DNA of 64,000 nucleotides, taken from NCBI RefSeq assembly GCF_006345805.1, contig NC_042998.1:61876001-61940000 (forward strand), in the 5' to 3' direction. The notes under the pieces were generated by a model. It was not told where the DNA came from. It made no database searches and saw nothing but the letters and a program-made list of their open reading frames with translations. The DNA is from Octopus sinensis (taxonomy: Eukaryota). The translations under genes were made by a program, and so were the position numbers. This document shows, one piece after another, positions 1-11,195 of this stretch. Every line of letters begins with the position of its first letter. Position 1 is the first letter of the stretch.

Positions 1-306
1 ATAAAAACACCATCCGAGCGTGGCCGTTCGCCAGCTTCGTCTGGCACCTGTGTCGGTGGCACATAAAAAACACCATCCGAGCGTGGCCGTTCGCCAGCCT
101 CGTCTGGCACCTGTGTCGGTGGCACATAAAATCACCCACTACACTCTCGGAGTGGTTGGCGTTAGGAAGGGCATCCAGCTGTAGAAACACTGCCAGATCT
201 GACTGGCCTGGTGCAGCCTTCGGGCTCCCCAGACCCCAGTTGAACCGTCCAACCCATGCTAGCATGGAAAGCGGACGTTAAATGATGATGATGATGATGA
301 TGATGA
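1..306 (+). mobile_element. RTE 3'-UTR end with (GAT)n tail
   Basis: Reverse complement of 2841-3120; ends ggacgttaaatgatgatgat. Confidence 0.85.
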
Positions 307-1276
307 TATAAGATGGGCTCTGTTCTGTTTCCCTCTACCAGATCTACTCGGCAAAAGTAGATGACACTTGCTCAAGATGAGACACAGTGGGATTGAACCT
401 GAACTCATGTGGTTGGGAAGCAAGCTTCTTATCACATAGTCAAGCCTGCACCTAACATATTTGCTCTTTTTGATCTAAGGCATGCATGGCCAACCTGTGG
501 AATGCAGCCCTCAACAAGTTTCTAGGTTACTAATTTGCAGCATAACCTAAGAGTAGCAACAACTCAAATTCTATCTAATATTGAAAATATGGTAAAGAAT
601 GTGACAGTGCAAAAATCGCACTGATACAGATAATGAAATTTGTTCTTTAATAAAATATCGATGATTTTTTTTTTTTTTACCTCAATATTTTAAACTATAA
701 TTTATTTACACAAGCAATCATTATTATTATCATTATGAAATAATGAAAGAGATTCCAGCTTAATGTAAACTTCCATACTAAGACAAATAAAATTAAGAAG
801 AACTGCAAAAAATTCAGTGTAAAGTGGGCAAGTAATATTTCATGCGTATGTGTTTTATCAGGCAGCCCTCTTCTTGGAAACGGTATGATGCAGCCCCCAG
901 TTGACGAAAAGTTGCAAGTAAAAGACATCCAAGGTTCAGTACAGTGGGACAGAACCTGATACCACATGGCTGGAAAGCAAGCTTCACAACCACACAGTCA
1001 ATGTCTCTAAGATTGGTTACGGGAAACAGAGGGAGATGTTAATATCCTCAAACCAAAGACCAGACCCTAATATTTGCCAGCGAAGTGGTTTCAGCTAAAC
1101 ATACCTACAGTACTAGATAGTGGTGGTCATGGTGACAGTGTTATTTCAGTTAAACCATAGTAAGAACCAAACTAGAGACTGTTTAATTGTCAAAATATTA
1201 ATAATCGTTTCTACTAAAGGCACAAAGCCTGAAATTTGGGGTCAAGGGGCTGGTCAGTTACATGCTAGCATGGGTT

Positions 1277-1347
<71 letters not shown>

Positions 1348-1648
1348 ATGGGCTTCTTTCAGTTTCCGCCTACCAAATCCACTCACAGGGAGGCTATAGT
1401 AAAGACATTTTGCCCAAGGTGAACCATGTGGTTGGTAAGCAAGCTACTTACCACACATCCACTTCTGTGTCTATTTAAGTACACAACTTTTAATTTTATC
1501 AACCCCAAAAGTAAGAAAGGTGAAGTCAATCTCGGTGGAATATGAACTCAGAATGTAAAGATGGTCGATATGCTGTTAAGCATTTTGCTCAGCATGTTAA
1601 TGATTCTGCCAGCTCACCACCTTCACCAAAATTCTTAATAATATTTAC

Positions 1649-1743
1649 CATTTCTTCAACTCTGGAAATTGCTTCATCAATGATTTCTCGACATCTTTTA
1701 TAACCTTCTTCATTTTCAAGAGTCTTGTATGCTCTGTTCACAG
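1649..1743 (-). CDS. DNAJC8: DNAJC8 coding exon 5 (AVNRAYKTLENEEGYKRCREIIDEAISRVEEM)
   Basis: tttatttcag|CT GTG AAC AGA GCA TAC...GAA ATG|gtaaat, 95 bp. Phase matches exon 4; J-domain helix III/IV. The 3' exons are not in the window. Confidence 0.95.
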
Positions 1744-1815
1744 CTGAAATAAATAGAGAATAATTTCAATGAGAGTAAAACACTCTTTCAAAAGATATAA
1801 TAGAGTCGTTACAGA

Positions 1816-1985
1816 CAGGGGCATAGCTAGGGTAAATGGCGCCCAGGGCAAGCAGCAAAATTGTACCCCTAACCCCAATGTTTTTTAATGGCTTAACTAG
1901 AAAATGATTTTGGCCAAACTTGCACCCCACCTCCAAGTGGCGCCCAGGGCATATGCCCTGTTTGCCCCACCCTAGTTATGCCCTG
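1816..1985. mobile_element. hAT-type MITE with a perfect 8-bp TSD
   Basis: TIRs CAGGGGCATAGCTAGG and CCTAGTTATGCCCTG; GTTACAGA is duplicated at 1808-1815 and 1986-1993. Confidence 0.85.
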
Positions 1986-2840
1986 GTTACAGATGAAGAT
2001 CAAGAAAAATAAAATCAAAGATGTCTAATTCACAAGCTTAATGTTTTACTGAAAGAAGAATTACATTTTATGTCATTGCTTCTTTGACAAATCAAACAAG
2101 TGTGTGTGTGTGTGTGTGTGTTTCTTTATAATTTAATCAAGTTCTTCACAGAATTCAAGGTGATCACTTAATGCAGAAGTTCTCAACTAGGGTCTATATG
2201 ACCTTTGGGCCTCTATAAGATTCTGTTGTTAAAATTTTATACTTCTTTAAAACAAAACAAAATATTTTGATAATTTCTTTAATACAATCCCTAATAATAT
2301 TTTACTCTTTTATTTATTTCAGTCATTTGACTACAGCCAAATCGACTCCAGAACTTATTCTTTGTAAGCCTAGTACTTATTCTATCGGTCACTTTTGCCG
2401 AACCGCTGAGATACGGGGACGTAAACACACCAGCATCGGTTGTCAAGCGATGCTGGTGACACACACACAAACACACACAAATTTATGTATATATGTATGT
2501 GTATATATATATATAGTTAAGGGGTATTCCATAAAGAATGTATTAGAGTACAAAATAGAGCTCGTTCACACTTAGAATTACCAGATACCCGGCGGTATTA
2601 TGGTATACTATCAATTCTAGGTTTAGGCATTCTTCGTGTGTGAAAAATAAAAATGAAAGAATAGAGTCAAAAGTAAGAGATACACCTGGGTCCTAATATA
2701 CAGTTAAACCATTAATTTAAATTTAAATCTTGTATATATGTGGATCTGTGTTGTATCGAAACATGTGTAGTGGTCATTAAACAGCTGTCCAATCGTACTC
2801 CCTTTTACTTTTGACTATTTATTCTTTCATTTATATATAA

Positions 2841-3771
2841 TCATCATCATCATCATCGTTTAACGTCCGCTTTCCATGCTAGCATGGGTTGGACGGTTCA
2901 ACTGGGGTCTGGCAAGCCCGAAGGCTGCACCAGGCCAGTCAGATCTGGCAGTGTTTCCACAGCTGGATGCCCTTCCTAATGCCAACCACTCCGAGAGTGT
3001 AGTGGGTGATTTTATGTGCCACCGACACAGGTGCCAGACGAGGCTGGCAGACGGCCACGCTCGGATGGTGTTTTTTATGTGCCACCGACACAGGTGCCAG
3101 ACGAGGCTGGCAGACGGCCACGCTCAGATGGTGTTTTTTATGTCCCACCGACACAGGTGCCAGACGAGGCTGGCAGACGGCCACGCTCGGATGGTGTTTT
3201 CTTATGTGCCACCGACACAGGTGCCAGACGAGGCTGGCGAACGGCCACGCTCGGATGGTGTTTGTTACGTGCCCACAGCACAGAGGCCAGTCGATGCGGT
3301 ACTGGCTACGGTCACGTTCGGATGGTTTTCTTATGTGCCACTGGCACTGGTACCACAAGGAAACAAATTCCATTGATGTTCATCTATTTTGATTTGGTTT
3401 GATTTGATTTGATTTTCACTTGCCTCAACAGGTCTTCACAAGTGTCACAAGAAGGAAGGTATGCACAGGTGGACTGACTACGTCCCGGGCCATGGGTTAT
3501 GGCTTCACTAGTCTTGCCGGGTCTTCTCACGCACAGCATACTTCCATAGGTCTCGGTCTCTAGTCATTTCCATGGTGAGACCTAACATTCGAAGGTCGTG
3601 CTTCACCACCTCGTCCCAGGTTTTCCTGGGTCTACCTCTTCCACGGGTTCCCTCAACTGCTAGGGATTGGCACTTTCTCACACACCTATCTTCATCCATT
3701 CTCGCCACATGACCATACCAGCGCAATCGTCTCTCTTGCACACCACAACTGATGCTTCTTAGGTACAACAT
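2841..3771 (-). mobile_element. Young 5'-truncated RTE LINE copy (ORF2 C-terminus, 3' UTR, (GAT)n tail)
   Basis: ORF 3508..3771 (RLRWYGHVARM...RGRGRPRKTW...EKTRQD*) is followed by a 3' UTR with about 62-bp internal repeats and the tail ggacgttaaacgatgatgat. CpGs are retained. Confidence 0.9.
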
Positions 3772-4097
3772 TTATACATATATATATACACATACACATA
3801 TATATATACGATGGGCTGCTTTCAGTTTCCGCCTACCAAATCCACTCACAAGGAGGCTATAGCAAAGACATTTGCCCAAGGTGAACCATGTGGTTGGTAA
3901 GCAAGCTACTTACCACACAGCCACTTCTGTGCCTATTTAATATATTTAATTATAAAAATATGATAGGATTTTTTTAAACGTCAAATGGTTACAAGGGTCC
4001 AGCAGAATAAAATAGAAATCAAAGGGGTCCATAGGCAAAAAATTGTTCAGGTCAAGACAGTTTCAGAGACATTCTAAATATGTTAGTGAGTGTGTCT

Positions 4098-6135
4098 ATC
4101 ATCATCATCATCATCATCATTAACGTCCGCTTTCCATGCTAGCATGGGTTGGACGGTTCAACTGGGGTCTGGGGAGCCCGAAAGCTGCACCAGTCCAGTC
4201 AGATCTGGCAGTTTTTTCTACAGCTGGATGCCCTTCCTAACGCCAACCACTCCGAGAGTGTAGTGGGTGATTTTATGTGCCCCCGACACAGGTGCCAGAC
4301 GAGGCTGGCAACGGCCACGCTCGGATGGTGTTTTTATGTGCCACCGACACAGGTGCCAGACGAGGCTGGCAGACGGCCACGCTCGGATGGTGTTTTTATG
4401 TGCCACCGACACAGGTGCCAGATGAGGCTGGCAAATGGCCACGATCGGATGGTGCTTGTTACGTGCCCACAGCACGGAGGCCAGTCGATGCGGTACTGGC
4501 TACGGCCACGTTCGGATGGTTTTGTGTGCCACGGGCACTGGTACCACAAAGATACAAATTCCATTGATGTTCATCTATTTTGATTTGTTTTGATTTTGAT
4601 TTTCACTTGCCTCAACAGGTCTTCACAAGTGTCACAAGAAGGAAGGTATGCACAGGTGGAAGGTACGTCCCAGGTAGGTACGTCCCAGGAAGGTACGTCC
4701 CAGGAAGGTACGTCCCAGGTAGGGGCCATGGGTTATGGCCTGACTAGTCTTGCCGGGTCTTCGGATGGTGTTTTTATGTGCCACCGACACAGGTGCTAGA
4801 TGAGGCTGGCGAACGGCCACGATCGGATGGTGTTTGTCATGTGCCCACCGCACTGACTACAGCACTGATGGATTTCTTGTGTGCCACAGGCACTGGTACC
4901 ACAAGATACAAATTCCATTGATGTTCATCTATTTTGTCTATTTTGATTTGATTTGATTTGATTTTCACTTGCCTCAACCGGTCTTCGCAAGTGTCACAAA
5001 GAGGAAGGTATGCACAGGTGGACTGACTAGTCTTGCCGGGTCTTCGGAAGGTGTTTTTATGTGCCACCGACACAGGTGCCAGATGAGGCTGGCGAACGGC
5101 CATGATCGGATGGTGTTGTTACGGCCCACAGCACGGAGGCGGTCGATGCGGAACTGGCTACGGCCATGTTCGGATGGTTCTCATGTGTACCACCGGCACT
5201 GGTACCACAAAGATACAGATTCCATTGATGTTCATCTATTTTGATTTGTTTTGATTTTGATTTTGATTTTCACTTGCCTCAACAGGTCTTCACAAGTGTC
5301 ACAAGAAGGAAGGTATGCACAGTGGACTGACTACGTCCCAGGTAGGGGCCATGGGTTATGGCCTGACTAGTCTTGCCGGGTCTTCGGATGGTGTTTTTAT
5401 GTGCCACCGACACAGGTGCTAGATGAACTGGCGAACGGCCACGATCGGATGGTGTTTGTCATGTGCCCACAGCACGGAGGCCAGTCGATGCGGTACTGGC
5501 TACGGCCACTTTCGGATGTGCCCACAGCACGGAGGCCAGTCGATGCGGTACTGGCTACGGCCACTTTTGGATGGTTTTCTCTTGTGTGCCACCGGCACTG
5601 GTACCACAAAGATACAAATTCCATTGATGTTCATCTATTTTGATTTGTTTTGATTTTGATTTTGATTTTGATTTTCACTTGCCTCAACAGGCCTTCACAA
5701 GTATCACAAGGAGGAAGGTATGCACAGGTGGACTGACTACGTCCAGGTAGGGGCCATGGTTATGGCCTGACTAGTCTTGCCGGGTCTTCGGATGGTGTTT
5801 TTATGTGCCACCGACACAGGTGCTAGATGAGGCTGGCGAACGGCCACGACCGGATGGTGTTTGTTATGTGCCCACAGCACGATGGCCAGTGATGCGGTAC
5901 TGACTACGGCCACGTTCGGATGGATTCTTGTGTGCCACCGGCACTGGTACCACAAGCGGTACTGACTACGGCCACGTTCGGATGGATTCTTGTGTGCCAC
6001 CGGCACTGGTACCACAAAGATACAAATTCCATTGATGTTCATCTATTTTGATTTGTTTTGATTTTGATTTTCACTTGCCTCAACAGGTCTTCACAAGTTT
6101 CACAAGAAGGAAGGTATGTACAGGTGGACTGACTA
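4098..6135 (-). repeat. Head-to-tail array of RTE 3'-UTR units (about 300-410 bp) ending in a normal RTE tail
   Basis: The landmark gttcatctattttg recurs near 4570, 4923, 5230, 5630 and 6037. The same junction gtcttgccgggtct|tcgga is repeated. Confidence 0.88.
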
Positions 6136-6427
6136 GGTATATGTGTGTGGATATAAGTGTACCCATATAATGGGTATGTATGTCTCATTCGTACACAAAT
6201 ATGTGTTTAGTTACTATAGTGAACGCGTGTATGTGTGTGCATATAATCATTTCAGGCAACTCAGAGAATCTTTGCAATTTTGTACAAAGGTTCCCTGGAG
6301 AGTAAACTGAGAGGTTTTGAAGGATGTGGATCAATTTACTTTGTTTTCTTGGAAATACCCAGTATTTTGTGGCTTTTATGGAAACAAGTCATTACATAGC
6401 CTAACACATCATCATCATCATCATTGT

Positions 6428-6653
6428 TTAACCCTTTCGTTACTGCATTTATTTTGAGATGCTCTGTGTTTCTTTCAATTACTTAAAATATAACAAAGAA
6501 TTTAGTAAAATAACTCAGTTATCATTCAGCTAGTATTAGGAACATAAATTGACTAAGGTTTGGTAGAAGATTTTAGTTCAAAACTTATGAAAACAAGACA
6601 TTTGTACTCAGAGCCAGAACTAGTTTCGGCCAGGTTGGTAATGAAAGGGTTAA
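6428..6653. mobile_element. piggyBac-like MITE (TTAA TSD)
   Basis: TTAACCCTTTCGTTAC...GTAATGAAAGGGTTAA, inserted in the TTAA of an RTE tail. Confidence 0.85.
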
Positions 6654-9544
6654 TGTCTGCCTTCCATGCTGGCATGAACTGGACAGTTTGACAGGAGCTG
6701 GCCAGGCAGGAGCCTGCACCAGACTTCTGTGTCTGTTCTGGCAGGGCTTTTATGGCTGGATGCCCCTCTTAACACCAACCACCAAGCAGAGTGGACTGAG
6801 TGCTTTTTACAAGCACAGCCAAGGTCAGTTTTGGCAAGGTTTTTACAGCTGGATACCCTTCCAAATGCCAACCACTTTACATTGTGGACTAGATGCTTTT
6901 TATGTGTCATCAGCACTGGCAGGGTCACCAAGTAACTGGCAAAACAAAGATCCTTTGAGAGGGGAGGGGGCATTGGAGGAGGTGATCTTGCCTCAGATGA
7001 TGAATGGTATAGTGAATGCAAATGAGAATCTATAGTCTGGATACAAGAGCTGTATGTTTTTTATTAATCTACTGTAGATGTTCTCGTCTACAATTTCAGA
7101 CAATATATTCACATCCATCAAACCATTGACTGCTTCAGCCTTCCACAGTGCAAGACTTTTGTTCTTTGCCCCTTAGAACAATAACGTTGTGTTTACATGG
7201 GGTTACTGTTTTTAATGAAATGTTCCTCTAGTTTTCCTTATTTCAAAAGGTATAGATACATTTTAGTTATGGTGTATCTTTGGTAGGAATATCAGGACAA
7301 TCCTGTCTGCAAATAGCTTCATAAATATGTTTGACAAGAATAGCAGGTCTCATGGTAAGATAGTCTCTTGTTGACATTCATTGACATATATGTGGTGCAT
7401 TGTTGTAATAAACAAGACTTGCCCACCACAACAGAATTGATATCCTAAATCCAATGTATAATATAAAAAGCATTGGTGTTGAAGCTGGTGCTACATAAAA
7501 AACACAGGTATGGGTGCCACGTGAAAAACACCCAGTACACTCTGTAAAGTAGTTGGCATTTAGGAATGCCATTCAGCTGTAGAAACCATGCCAAAAAAGA
7601 TTATGGAAACTGGTGCAGCCCTTGGCCTTACCATCTCCTGTCAAACCATCTAACCCATTCCAGCAATGGAAACAGACGTCAAATGATGATGATGATGATC
7701 TACTGATATGGGTGATATCTTCCACACCAATATGGTACATTCAACATTTTTTATCAACACAAAATTTTTAAGTGTCATTGTCTCTCTTATTAATCAGATA
7801 TTATCTTCCGTTCCTGAATGCAAAGAAATGTGATCTATCTGGCACAGGTTCAGGAGGGACAACTCTCTCAGTCAATAGTGTTATTATCTTCTAGATAGCA
7901 GGATATACACACAGGATAAATTTCTGCTGATATGACAAGTGTTTCTCTTTCTAGTTTCCATTTAGTAAACTATTCCAGTTACATTTCAGTCACATAGACT
8001 CAGAGTACCTATCCAGTATGTATACCATCTTTCCTTTCTAATTATAAGAATTCTTCCAATGAATAAGGAGCTGGCTTCTAACAAAGAAACAAAGCTGCAT
8101 CGTGCTAAGAAACATTGTAATTAAAATCCTTCTTGACATTTTAAAATTTAGACTTAAATCATTTAAGATTTCCCTGAGAAAGGTCTCTTTTTATGAAGAC
8201 ATTGCTTTCTTTCAGCCTGTAGTAAATAGTTTATAGATAAGAAACTAAGTTGTGGCTTATGCTCTCACACTATATTTTCATTCAATGTCTTGAGATCATC
8301 ATCGTCAGCCTTCCATGCTAGTAGTCCCATGGGTGGGACTACTAACATGATCATATTTTAAAATTCCACTAAATGACTTGAAGCAACATATTTTTGATTC
8401 TAAAGCACAGCTTGTTATTTTAGCATCTAGTTTTACTATTCATCTGGATTCCTAAAGTGAAGTTATTTCATTACCTGCAATTCTTGCTCTCTCTACTACA
8501 AAACTACTAAATTAAATCTTTTTCTTTGCTTTGCAAGTTATTCGGTGACCTTACTAGTGCCAAAGTCATGAGAAAAAAAAGTATCTCCTACAGTCAATAA
8601 AGTGGTTGATGTTAGGAAGAGCATCCAGCTATAGAAACTATGCTGAAGTAGAAATAAAAAATTAAAAAAAACTGGTACTCTTTCAGTTACAACAGCAGGG
8701 GTTTCGGATGATCTGATCAATGGAACAGCCTGCTCAAGAAATTAGCATGCAGATTGCTCAGTACCCCACAGATACACATACCTTTGACATAAACCTCACA
8801 GGATGATTCAGCATGACAAGGAATGAGACAAGACTGGCTGTTTGTAACACAGGTACAACTCATCTTTGCTAGCTGAGTGGACTAGAGCAATGTGAAGTAA
8901 AGTGTCTTGCTCAAGAACACATTGTACTGCCAGGAACTGAACTCATGACCTTACAATTGTGAGCCAAGTACCCTAACCATTAAGCTATGTGCCTTCACTG
9001 TGCCAAAATAGACACTGGAGCTCAATGCAGTTCTCTAGCTTATTGAATCCTGTCAAACCATCCCACCCATGCCAGAATGGGAAGACAAACACATGATGAT
9101 GATGATGATAATGATGATGGGTGACCCCTTCAGTCATGAATGACCATGGGACTGCACCTTGAAAGTTACCCTCTGAGGCACAAGTCCAGGCAAGGTTGTT
9201 TTATGGAAGACCAGCAGTTGCCCATGCATACCAGTATCATCCATGCCACCAGTGTCATCCAAGGGAAAAGCAAGGTCCGATACATCTCGGGACCAGTGAC
9301 GTTGCAACTTATTTCTACAGCTGAGTTAACTAGAGCAATATGAAATAAAGTGTCTTGCTCAAGAACACAACATGCAGCCCAGTCCAGGAATCAAACTCGC
9401 AACCTCAGTCATAAGCTCAACGCTCTAACTGCTGAGCCATGATGATGATGAATATATATGTACCTTGAAAAGTTGTAATGCATGAAACAAGATGTAATAG
9501 TTCAAAATTCAATTGATATCACATGACTATATGACTCTTATCTC

Positions 9545-10005
9545 AGAATAAGAAGAGTGAATACAATTCTATATTTGAGAGATGAGGAATTATTTACATT
9601 TGATGGATATTTATCTCCATCTTCTTTGTTGTTAACACGTTTCAGCTGATTTACCCTCCAGCCTTCATCAGGTGTCCTGTGGAAATTTTGAACCCTGGTT
9701 CTCATTCCTAAGGTATTATTATTATTATTATTATTCAGGTCACTGCCTGGAATTGAACACGGACATATGGCGTAGTGGTTAAGAGCATGGGCTATTAACC
9801 CAAGATTCCAAGTTTGATTCCAGGCAGTAACCTTAATAATAATAATAATAAATATAATAACATCGGAAAAATACCTTAGGAATGAGAGCCCAGGTTCAAA
9901 ATTCCCCCAGGACACCTGATGAAGGCTGGAGATTACATCAGCCGAAATGTTATGTTAACAACAAACAAGATGAGGACAAATATCCGTCAAATGTAAATAA
10001 TGTAA
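9545..10005. mobile_element. Inverted pair of PLE-derived terminal repeats (each with a hammerhead-like motif) flanking a SINE fragment
   Basis: 9545-9720 (minus) and 9835-10005 (plus) are reverse complements and the same family as 48720-48915. Confidence 0.8.
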
Positions 10006-10220
10006 GAAGAGTAAAGCTGAAACAAAGACAAACTAGAGACAAATTAGACAGACAATAATTTGAGACGGTCAGGTCTATAACATAAAAAGTGTTAACATTC
10101 AAACAACTAAATATAAATACTGTATTTGATGGCATAAAAGACTCACCACAATTTCAGCAGTACATATTCAGGAAAAAACGTTTTTAGTGCATTAAAGCAC
10201 ATGGGAGGCCCAATTTTGTA

Positions 10221-10986
10221 CAGGGTGGGGCAAAGAGGAAGGACATTTTTAAAATGGCTATTAATCAGCCCCAGGGGGACGGACATATGTCTGACAGGTA
10301 CCATTCGGCCCATGGTGTCTTAGTATATTTTTTTCTTTTCAGGTAAAGCCATGGCGCTGTGGACGATAAAGCATTGCGTGTTTACCTACGACAGTTATGT
10401 GAAGAAAAACAAGTCTGTCACAGTAGTTCAGTATGAGTTTTGGTGCCACTTCAACATTCACCAAAATCAGGCTGTTCCCACCCATAACACAATCTTGCGA
10501 TGGATGAATGCACTTCATACACGAGGTACACTAATGAATAGGAGACCGGTGGTGGCGCCACAAATGGTATGGACCAAGAACGCCTTCAGAAATACATCCA
10601 TGAAAGGCGGCAAGCTGGCAGAATTGTTAGCATGCTGGGCAAAAGGCTTAGCAGTATTTCATCTGTCTTTATGCTCTTAGTTCAAATTCTGCCAAGGTTA
10701 ACTTTGCCTTTCACCCTTTCTGGGTCAATATATTAAGAACCAGTTGCATACTGGAGTCGATCTAATCAACTGGGTCCCTCCCACAAAATTTCAGGCTTTG
10801 TGTCTAGAGTAAAAAAGAAATGCATCAATGAAAACGGACACTACATGATATATGTTGTTTTCCACACTTGATTTTGACAAATGCTAATTCAATTCGAACA
10901 CATTGATGTCAATAAAATTTGTTTGCAGCTAAAATTAATGAGTTTGTGGATTTTTCAAAAACGTCCGTCCTCTCTGCCCTACTCTG
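10221..10986 (+). mobile_element. Internally deleted Tc1/mariner-superfamily transposon (DUF4817-type N-terminal HTH) with a nested SINE
   Basis: TA TSDs; TIRs cagggtggggcaaagaggaaggacatttt and aaaaacgtccgtcctctctgccctactctg. ORF 10351.. reads MALWTIKHCVF...VPTHNTILRW. The SINE is at about 10615-10820. Confidence 0.82.
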
Positions 10987-11128
10987 TATATAGGACCCAG
11001 GGTGAACATTTCAGACCTTTTTTTGTCTGCAAGAAAGTATGTCTTATGTGCTATCAAATACGATAAGTATGAATGATAGCTAAATAATCAATAACTTAAA
11101 ACATAATCTTGATTAACAAAATATCTAC

Positions 11129-11195
11129 CTTCAAATGATATTTGTGCTCTTTCTTTATCCTGCTGATTTTTATCTGGATGCACCAATATGGACAT
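11129..11195 (-). CDS. DNAJC8: DNAJC8 coding exon 4 (MSILVHPDKNQQDKERAQISFE), contains the J-domain HPD motif
   Basis: tttttgctag|ATG TCC ATA TTG GTG CAT CCA GAT AAA...GAA G|gtagat, 67 bp, phase-1 exit. Confidence 0.97.

Noticed and set aside
1-1648. DNAJC8 exon 6 (expected to be lysine/glutamate-rich, about 72 bp)
   Set aside because: No matching minus-strand exon was found here; the downstream exons presumably lie left of the window.
3011-3330. Regularly spaced repeats superficially like a CRISPR array
   Set aside because: The units are contiguous about 62-bp tandem copies without unique spacers. There are no cas genes and the context is eukaryotic.
2876-6042. Repetitive ORFs such as MCHRHRCQTRLADGHARMVF (also 30930-31435)
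   Set aside because: They are open in multiple frames on both strands because they translate the GC-rich 62-bp repeats of the RTE 3' UTR, downstream of the ORF2 stop.
7022-7180. Inverted match to about 15300-15480
   Set aside because: The copies are 8 kb apart and diverged, most simply two copies of a dispersed repeat. I found no termini to classify it.
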